From contig OX597824.1 of NCBI GenBank assembly GCA_951406725.2, positions 15,872,001 to 15,936,000 of the forward strand: a stretch of DNA of 64,000 nt, given 5' to 3'. The position numbers were made by a program, and so were the translations under genes. The DNA comes from Octopus vulgaris (taxonomy: Eukaryota). Below the pieces are notes generated by a model. The model was not told where the DNA came from, did not search any database, and saw only the letters and a list, made by a program, of their open reading frames with translations. Shown here in pieces: positions 55,239-64,000 of this stretch (positions are counted from its first letter, which is position 1; each line of letters begins with the position of its first letter).

Positions 55239-56144
55239 TCTATATATATAAAACTGTAGTTGTGTGAGTGTCTGTCTCCTACGATTTAGATTCCTAACTC
55301 CTCCCACATTTTGCGGTGCAGTTTAACCAAATTCGGGTATCTTATAGTCGTGATTAATATCGAGCCCGTCTGAGTATTAGCGCGCGTCTACGATGAGTCT
55401 ACGATTTTAAAAATAATTTAACATCATTTTTTATTCCATTTTAATGCATAATTTTTCGTGTGTCGATGGCGGCGGAGTTGGCGTCCACGCTCAAACACCT
55501 GCACGTGTGTTTGCTTCTCCCCCTTCTTCCCTCCCTCGTGAAGCTGTGGGGAAGGGAGTTTAAGGAAATCAACGTCGTAATGCGTTGTCAAGGAGACCAG
55601 CGTTCTTTTAGAACAACGACTTCATGGCTTGAAGACACCAAAACAGAAATGGCTAAGAAAGCCCGAATTGGCATCTATAGAGGAAGTAACTCTCTAAAAA
55701 TGCTTATATAGTTATTTCCCTTACAAACCCGAGCAACGCCGGGCGATACTGCTAGACTTTATATATAAAAGTAAGGTTGTGTGTCTGTCTACTCCGATTT
55801 AGATTCCTAACTACTCTCACATTTTGCGGTGCAGTTTAACCAAAACCGGGTATCTTATAGTCGTGATTCATATCGAGCCCTTCTGGGTATTAGCGCGCGT
55901 CTACGATGAGTCTACGATTTAAAAAATAATTTACCATCATTTTTTTCCATTTTAATGCATATTTTTTTAAAGGGAAGTAACTCTCTAAAAATGTCTACGA
56001 TGAGTCAACGATTAAAAAAAAATTTACCATCATATTTTTTTCATTTTTAATGCATTTTTTTGCTATTTTTTGGCTATAACTCTCTAAAAATGCTTTATAG
56101 TTATTTCCCTTACAAACCAGAGCAACGCCGGGCGATACTGCTAG
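55239..56144 (+). mobile_element. Head-to-tail Helitron dimer
   Basis: a|TCTATATATATAAAA..CCCGAGCAACGCCGGG..CTAG(55755), then a second unit ..CTAG(56144)|t. Confidence 0.88.
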
Positions 56145-56322
56145 TAAGTGATACAACATCATGACGGTATATAAAGAGATGTATATTACGAAATATATAT
56201 TTATGATACAACTGTAAAGACACTGGAAAGTGTAAAAAGGTTACGAGACATTTAAGAGATATTTCACGATATTACTTGGCAGTTTCTATTCATACATAAA
56301 CGAACAAGTGCACTTATCTACT

Positions 56323-56415
<93 letters not shown>

Positions 56416-56570
56416 GCAAATGCTTATATGTAAACATTACGCGTATATAGACAAATGCAGACAAATAAACAAAAAAGCATGTACGCCCATATACATACAT
56501 ATCTATATAAATTCATATCTCTCTATTTCTGTCTTCCCCCTCTCTCTCTCCCTCTCTATCTATCTATCTG

Positions 56571-56606
<36 letters not shown>

Positions 56607-56666
56607 AATCTATCTATCTACACACACGCACGTATGTGTGTGTATACATACATATATATGTGTGTG

Positions 56667-56700
<34 letters not shown>

Positions 56701-57078
56701 CGAATGCATAAATAAGTATGTTACTCTTTTATTCATTTCAGCCATGCGGCTACAGTCACACTGGAGCAGCACAGTGAATATATATATATACATATATGTA
56801 TACATATATATACATGTATATATACATATATTCATATATGTATATATATATATACATATATATATATACATACATATATACATACATATATATATATACA
56901 TATATTCATACATGTATATATATATACATATATATATATACATATATTCATATATGTATATATATATATACATAAGTATATACATATATATATACATATA
57001 TATATATTTATATATACATATATATATACATATATATATATATACATATATATATACATATATATATACATATATTCA

Positions 57079-57152
<74 letters not shown>

Positions 57153-57288
57153 CATATATTCATATATGTATATATATACATATATATATATACACATATA
57201 TACATGTATAAATATATGTATATATATATATATGTATATGTGTGTGTATATATATATGTGTGTGTGTATGTGTATATATATGTACGTA

Positions 57289-57330
<42 letters not shown>

Positions 57331-57385
57331 GTGAATATAGATATGTTTGTGGTTATTTGTGTGTATGTGTCTGTATATGCGTATG

Positions 57386-57421
<36 letters not shown>

Positions 57422-57895
57422 GCTACACCAGCTCAGAAACCTATAAAAAAAACCTATGTGTATCAGTCATTCACCGCATAAAACAATTAAAACTGCACAA
57501 CCGGCTTCAAAAAACCTGCGTGGCCAGCCGTTTCCCGCCTATTTGTGCAACGAAGCGCCTAACGTCTATTACACATCTTTATTTCAATGAACAGAAAAGC
57601 AGACAGGAAAAGAGGGCGTGTCTACGTATCAGTTGCTATTTACAGCACGGTTTGTTACTCCGGATGAATAGGATGTAAAAGTATTATAGTAAAACGGTGA
57701 AGGTGTTTCTCACTGTTGTACGTTCGGACTATTGTACAAATTGACAAGCTCTGTTATTAACCCGCTAAATCGCTTTTTCAACATCGAGGCATTTATTTGC
57801 CTTTCGGCTCTAATCTCTCCTGAAATCTCTGTTCTACTTATGTAGTCGGGTATAATATGATGTACACCTACCTTCTCATGACAAATATCTGTATG

Positions 57896-58012
<117 letters not shown>

Positions 58013-58172
58013 GTGCATATACAGAAATAAATGTTCAATACTATATACAGATGTATGTACATTCTCACAGGCTGATGTGTATGCGCTGCATGTATGTGAG
58101 TATACGTCCACACACATACACACAGACATATATATACACATTATACACATTCACACACACACACACACACAC

Positions 58173-58229
<57 letters not shown>

Positions 58230-58424
58230 GTGAGTGTGTATACGTGCACAGGAGTGGGTGTGTGGTAAGAAGATAGCTTCCCAACCACTTGTTTCTGGGT
58301 TCAGTTCCATTCCGTGACACATTGGCCGAGTGTCTTCTACTATGACCTCGGGCTGACCAAAGCATAGTAAGTGGATCCGGTAGACGGAAACTGAAAGAAG
58401 TTATATATATATATATATATATAT

Positions 58425-58763
58425 GCATGGCTCAGTGGTTAGAGCGTCGAGCTTACGATCGTGAGGTTGTGAGCTCGAATCCCAAACCGGGCTGCGTGTT
58501 GTGTTCTTGAGCAAGACACTTTATTTCACGTTGCTCCAGTTCACTCAGCTGTAGTAATGAGTTGCGACGTCACAGGTGCCAGGCTGTATCGACCTTTGTC
58601 TTTCCCTTGGATAACACTGGTGGCGTGGAGAGGGGAGGCCGGTATGCATGGGCGACTACTGGTCTTCCATAAAAAAACAACCTTGCCCAGACTTGTGCCT
58701 CAGAGGGTAACTCTCTAGGTGCAAACCCATGGTCACTCATGACCGAAGGGGGTCTTTACCCTT
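58425..58763 (+). mobile_element. tRNA-derived SINE family C, full length
   Basis: TGGCTCAGTGGTTAGAGC A box, GAGCTCGAATCCC B box, GTGTTCTTGAGCAAGACACTTTA central domain. Confidence 0.85.
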
Positions 58764-58860
58764 TATATATATGTATACATATGCATATATATATGACAAT
58801 TATTCGGCAACCTAATATCTGAGTTTTATCATATACATATATACATAAATACATATGTAA

Positions 58861-58917
<57 letters not shown>

Positions 58918-59089
58918 AACACACACATATAACTGTTGGCTGTGTGTTAAGAAGATTGCTTCCCAACGACATTGTTTCGGGTTCAATCACATTGTGTGGC
59001 ACCTTGGGCTAGTGTCTTCTATTATCGCCTCGGGCCGACCAAAGCCTTGTGAGTGGATTTGGTAGAGAGAAACTGAAAGAAGCCCGTCG

Positions 59090-59147
<58 letters not shown>

Positions 59148-59383
59148 TGTGTGTGTATGTATGTGTGTCTTTGTCCTCCCACCATCGCTTGACAATCGAT
59201 GTTGGTGTGTTTACACACCCGAAACATAGCGGTTCAGCATAAGGAATCGATAGACTTACAAAAAACAATCCTGGGGTCGATTTGTTCGACTAAAGGCAAT
59301 GCTGCTGTATGGCCGCAGTCAAATGACTGAAACAAGTAAAAGAATAAAAGTATATCTATATATGTATGTATGTATGTGTATAT

Positions 59384-59799
59384 TGGCGGTGAGCTGTCAG
59401 AATTGTTAGCATGCCGAACGAAATTCTTAGCGGGATTTCGTCTGCCGTTACGTTCTGAGTTCAAATTCCGCCGAGGTCGACATTACCTTTCATACATTCG
59501 GGGTCGATTAAATAAGTACCAGTTACGTACTGGGGTCGATATAATCGACTCAATCCAGTTGTCTGTCCTTGTTTGTCCTCTCAGTGTTTAGCCCATTGTG
59601 GGTAGTAAAGAAAGGGGTATTTCGTCTGCTGTTACGTTCAGAGTTCAAATTTCGCCGGGGTCGACTTTACATTTCATCCTTTCGGGGTAGATTAAATAAG
59701 TACCAGTTACGCACTTGGGTCGATGTTATCGACTTAATCCCTTTTCCTCTCATTATTTGTCTCCTCTACGCTTAGTCCCCTGTGGGCAATAAAGAAATA
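59384..59799 (+). mobile_element. SINE family B tandem dimer
   Basis: Head plus two bodies. Confidence 0.85.
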
Positions 59800-59825
59800 T
59801 ATGTTTGTATGCTTATATACGTACC

Positions 59826-59898
<73 letters not shown>

Positions 59899-59912
59899 TT
59901 ATATACATACAT

Positions 59913-59951
<39 letters not shown>

Positions 59952-60177
59952 AAACTTATAGAAAATCAAACACGAAGACAGGTGTGGGAACAACAAACAA
60001 GTGTATCAGTTTGACGCTCGGGAAAAAATGGAAAAGTCCTTTATGCTTCGAGCCTACGCTCTTCAACAGAAAGGAACAAGAGGAAATAGACAGAGAATGG
60101 AAAAACGTTTAAAGTTCAGTGGTCCAACACCCAAGTCTTCAATGCAAGACACGTAATTCAGTACAGACATCCGAGTG

Positions 60178-60243
<66 letters not shown>

Positions 60244-60483
60244 TGAGCACACGAAATCACACGCACAGACACATTTTTATATGTGAATATTTCTTTTGTG
60301 AATCTCTTTACGAGCTGGCAGTGAACAGTCTTTTGTATTTTTTGTAGAGAAATGCATATATCTTTTACGTTCCTGGCCCACTCATTTCATTCAGAAATAT
60401 ACTTACGTATGTAGGTTAAGAAATACCTCGGTAGATGACCTATGTTAAATTATTATTATTATTATTATTATAACATTAATCTA

Positions 60484-61034
60484 AGGCAGCGAGCTGGCAG
60501 AAACGTTAGCACGCCGGGCGAAATGCGTAGCCATATTTCGTCTGCCGTTACGTTCTGAGTTCAAATTCCGCCGAGGTCGACTTTGCCTTTCATCCTTTCG
60601 GGGGTCGATAAATTAAATACCAGTTATGCACTGGGGTCCATGTAATCGACTTAATCGTTTGTCTGTCCGTGTTTGTCCTCTCTGTGTTTAACCCCTTGTG
60701 GGTAGTAAAGAAATAGGTATTTCGTCTGCCGCTACCTTCTGAGTTCAAATTCTGCCGAGGTCGACTTTGCCTTTCATCCTTTCGAGATCGATTAAATAAG
60801 TACCAGTTACGCACTGGGTCGATACATTCGACTGAATCCGTTTGTCTGTCCTTGTTTGTCCTCTCTGTGTTTAGCCCCTTGTGGGTAGTAAAGAAATAGG
60901 TATTTCGTCTGCAGTTACGTTCTGAGTTCAAATTCCGCCGGGGCCGACTTTGCCTTTCGACCTCGGCGGAATTTGAACTCAGAACATAACGGCAGACAAA
61001 ACACCACTAAGCATCTCGCCAAGCGTTCTAACGT
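60484..61034. mobile_element. SINE family B array ending in an inverted head
   Basis: About 2.3 forward units, then a reverse-complement head from about 60957. Confidence 0.85.
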
Positions 61035-62012
61035 TTCGGCCATCTGGCCGCCTTAACGAATAATAAATAATAATAATAATTCTTTCTACTATAGGCACGA
61101 GGCCTACAATTTGGTGGGAAGGATAAGTCGATTATATCGACCCCAGTACTCAACGAGTTTCTAATTTATTGTGAAGGTTGATCAATCTCAAATGGAACCA
61201 AACTGCATTGTAACACCAAAGTTTCACAACTGGTCAATATTACGTACGATATCATGCGGCGATCTAGCGGAAGCATAACCGTTTTGGGCAAAATGCTTTG
61301 CGGCATCTAAATATGGATCATATAGATGTAATTTTTGACGCTGAATCCGAATTTATTTTTCATTTATTCCAGAAAAAAATTGTAAAAATGTTATAGATGT
61401 TCAAAGTTTGATAGTTTTCAGAATTTTCAGCCAATCAGAAAATAGCGCGTTCGTTGTCTTTTCCATTATCCGGGGTGGGGATGGGGGGCATCGGCATGTT
61501 AAAACATTGCTAGAAATAATAGTCAAAACATTAAAACATACATGAGCAAAGTTTAACATTAAAACATTCGTGAGCAAATTAAATATTTAAAAGCTACGAA
61601 CAAACAAACCAACAGGCGTTGCAAGAAATAACAGTCAAAGCATTGTTTAAAACAGACATTTATTAGTTTGGGAACAGAATTTTTCGCCACGGTGATGTGT
61701 AAAATACGCATTTCTCATTAGCTAAAATACCCAAATGTTGCAAATTTTAAAGGTTTACTTTTTAATTATGAAGTTATAGGAAAAATGAATTTCATCTTCA
61801 TATTTAGTATACAAATCTTAATCCATATACCACATTTGAAAACAATTAGAACAAAATTGTAAACAGTGACGAAAACCACATAGATCTGAAGTTTGTTTCC
61901 CAACCACATGTTTCTGGGTTCAGTCCCACTACGTGGAACTTTGGGCTACTGTCTTCTACTATAGTCTCAGTCCGACCAAAGCCTTGTGACGGAATCTGTA
62001 TATATATATGTA

Positions 62013-62064
<52 letters not shown>

Positions 62065-62068
<4 letters not shown>

Positions 62069-62882
62069 AAACTTATATATAAAGGACGTGAAATTCACGA
62101 ATTGACAAACACGGAAAAACGGACAGTAATTCAGAGCCTTCATTCTTCAGTCAGAAACCGATTCATCATGGCAAATTTCGGCTGTTTAATTCTGAGATTT
62201 GCTCCGAAAAGGCCAGCCCCAAGGCAAAAGCTAAGCTATGGGCATTAGATTTGCTTGGTAGAAGGAAAGAATGTGACAGTCGAGACGAACAGGAAAACAA
62301 GAGACGAAGATAAAATTTACAGTAACGAATAAAAACAGGAATGACACGGGGGCGTCATACGACTTTGAGACAAAATGAGACAAAACAATTGATCAGCAGC
62401 GTGGGAAGTGGTTACCTTTTCGGTAGAGAAGACGTGTTGTACGAACCGCTGCCAGCAGTGGAATGGCTTAGCAGTAGTGGATTTGCAAGAAGGTGAGAGA
62501 GAAAGAGAGAGGGGGGATTGAGGAGGGCCGAGAAATGACCAAGAGAGAGAGAGAGAAAGAAAGAATTAAAGAGGGTGAGAGGAAGGGGCGCCAAAATAGC
62601 TTGGTAAAGAGGCGCCAAAATTCCTTGAGGAAGAAGCAATGGTGGATGATGAAGGGGAAGTTTAAAGTAGAAGACATCCTGCAATAGTGGAGATATGACA
62701 AACGTAAATGGATTGGTGCACGTGCGCTGCGATAATATAGAATAAAACTTATATATAAAGGACGTGAAATTCACGAATTGACAAACACGGAAAAACGGAC
62801 AGTAATTCAGAGCCTTCATTCTTCAGTCAGACACCGATTCATCGTGGCAAATTTCGGCTGTTTAATTCTGAGATTTGCTCCG
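62065..62882 (-). mobile_element. Non-coding retrozyme/Penelope-like element: 676-bp unit with 142-bp direct terminal repeats carrying the permuted hammerhead (family 1, copies B1 and B2)
   Basis: 62065-62206 is repeated at 62741-62882 with 2 differences seen. (AT)n lies on both flanks, and there is no credible ORF. Confidence 0.75.
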
Positions 62883-62885
62883 CTG

Positions 62886-62931
<46 letters not shown>

Positions 62932-63016
62932 TGTATGTATAAAAAATATATATAAAAATGCAAAATGGGACAAGAACGCAAATCACTCAAATAGACGACA
63001 CAAGAAACGGACGGGT

Positions 63017-63158
63017 CATTCGAAGCCACTAATCTTCAGTCAAGAACCGGATCATCCTCGCAATTTCGGCTGATTAATCTTGAGATCGCTCCGATCCGGC
63101 CAGCCCCAAGGAAAAACAAAGTTACGAGCATTAGATTTCTTGGAAAAAGGATCGAATG
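63017..63158 (-). ncRNA. Permuted hammerhead ribozyme candidate, family 1 copy C (best preserved)
   Basis: GGCTG GCCGGATC gga GCGAT C| TCAAGA ttaat CAGCC GAA ATTGC gaggat GATCCGGT TCTTGA CTGAAGA. All four central helices pair. Confidence 0.75.
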
Positions 63159-63491
63159 TATATGAAACAAGGACAGAAAAACGGACGATGCCACACGAAT
63201 ATAAATACAAAAACAATAATAGTAATAACAGGACAAAAACAGCGGGTGTCTTATGACTTTAGACAGTTCAACTTAGCTTAGCTGGCGTATAGTCTTCTCT
63301 TTACTCTTTTTACTCTTTTACTTGTTTCAGTCATTTGATTGCGGCCATGCTGGAGCACCGCCTTCAGTCGAGCAAATCGACCCCAGGACTTATTCTTTGT
63401 AAGCCTAGTACTTATTCTATCACTAAGTTACGGGGACGTAAACACACCAGCATCAGTTGTCAAGCGTGTGTGTGTATATATATATACATAT

Positions 63492-63566
<75 letters not shown>

Positions 63567-63808
63567 CGTGTGTATGTGTGTATATATGTTTCTGTGTCTG
63601 TGTTTTTCTCCCCAACATCGCTTGACAACCGATGCTGGTGTGTTTACGTCCCCGTAACTCAGTTTCCGTCTACCAAATCCACTCACAAGGCTTTGGTCCG
63701 CCCGAGGCTATAGTAGAAGACACTTGTCCAAGGTGCCACGCAGTGAGACTGAATCCGAAAGCATGTGGTTGGTAAGCAAGCTACTTACCACACAACCACT
63801 CCTACGCC

Positions 63809-63896
<88 letters not shown>

Positions 63897-64000
63897 TGTG
63901 TGTGTGTGTGTGTGTGTGCGTGTATTTGTGTGTCTGTGCTTGTCCTACCACCATCGCTTGACAATCGATGTGTGTTTACGTCCCCGTAAGCTAACGGTTC

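Noticed and set aside
57442-57468. TATA box plus Inr-like TCAGTC
   Set aside because: The 23-nt spacing is too short for a canonical core promoter.
58425-58500. tRNA genes here and at 21600, 26660, 35320 and 41920
   Set aside because: A/B boxes are present, but the sequences continue into SINE bodies and lack a proper acceptor stem.
60037-60075. Apparent compensatory change in stem I of the second CUGUUGA motif
   Set aside because: It works only with a one-nucleotide register shift. In register the stem is 4 bp with a G.U, so it is not counted as covariation.
61290-61890. Possible non-autonomous DNA transposon
   Set aside because: The composition is suggestive, but no terminal inverted repeats or TSD could be established.

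Overview
Eukaryotic, AT-rich, extremely microsatellite- and retroposon-dense DNA. The tRNA-derived SINE repertoire suggests an octopus or other coleoid cephalopod genome (inference). No complete protein-coding gene is visible, and almost all ORFs in the track are translated simple repeats. The window holds four tRNA-derived SINE families and decayed fragments of five retroelement groups (Tx1/L1-like, CRE-like, R4/Dong-like, CR1/L2-like, Penelope-like). It also holds a deleted mariner, a maT-type (DD37D) relic, three non-autonomous Helitron copies, an 18-bp minisatellite, and one plausible host exon (43253-43856) interrupted by an in-frame UGA-C. The main finding is five minus-strand copies, in two unrelated repeat families, of a complete hammerhead-ribozyme core whose three strands occur in a non-circularly permuted, pseudoknotted order, with extra helices supported by compensatory changes. 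One copy forms the direct terminal repeat of a 676-bp retrozyme-like unit. Several ordinary minimal hammerhead relics are also present. All structures were derived by hand and are untested; coordinates of degraded repeats are approximate.
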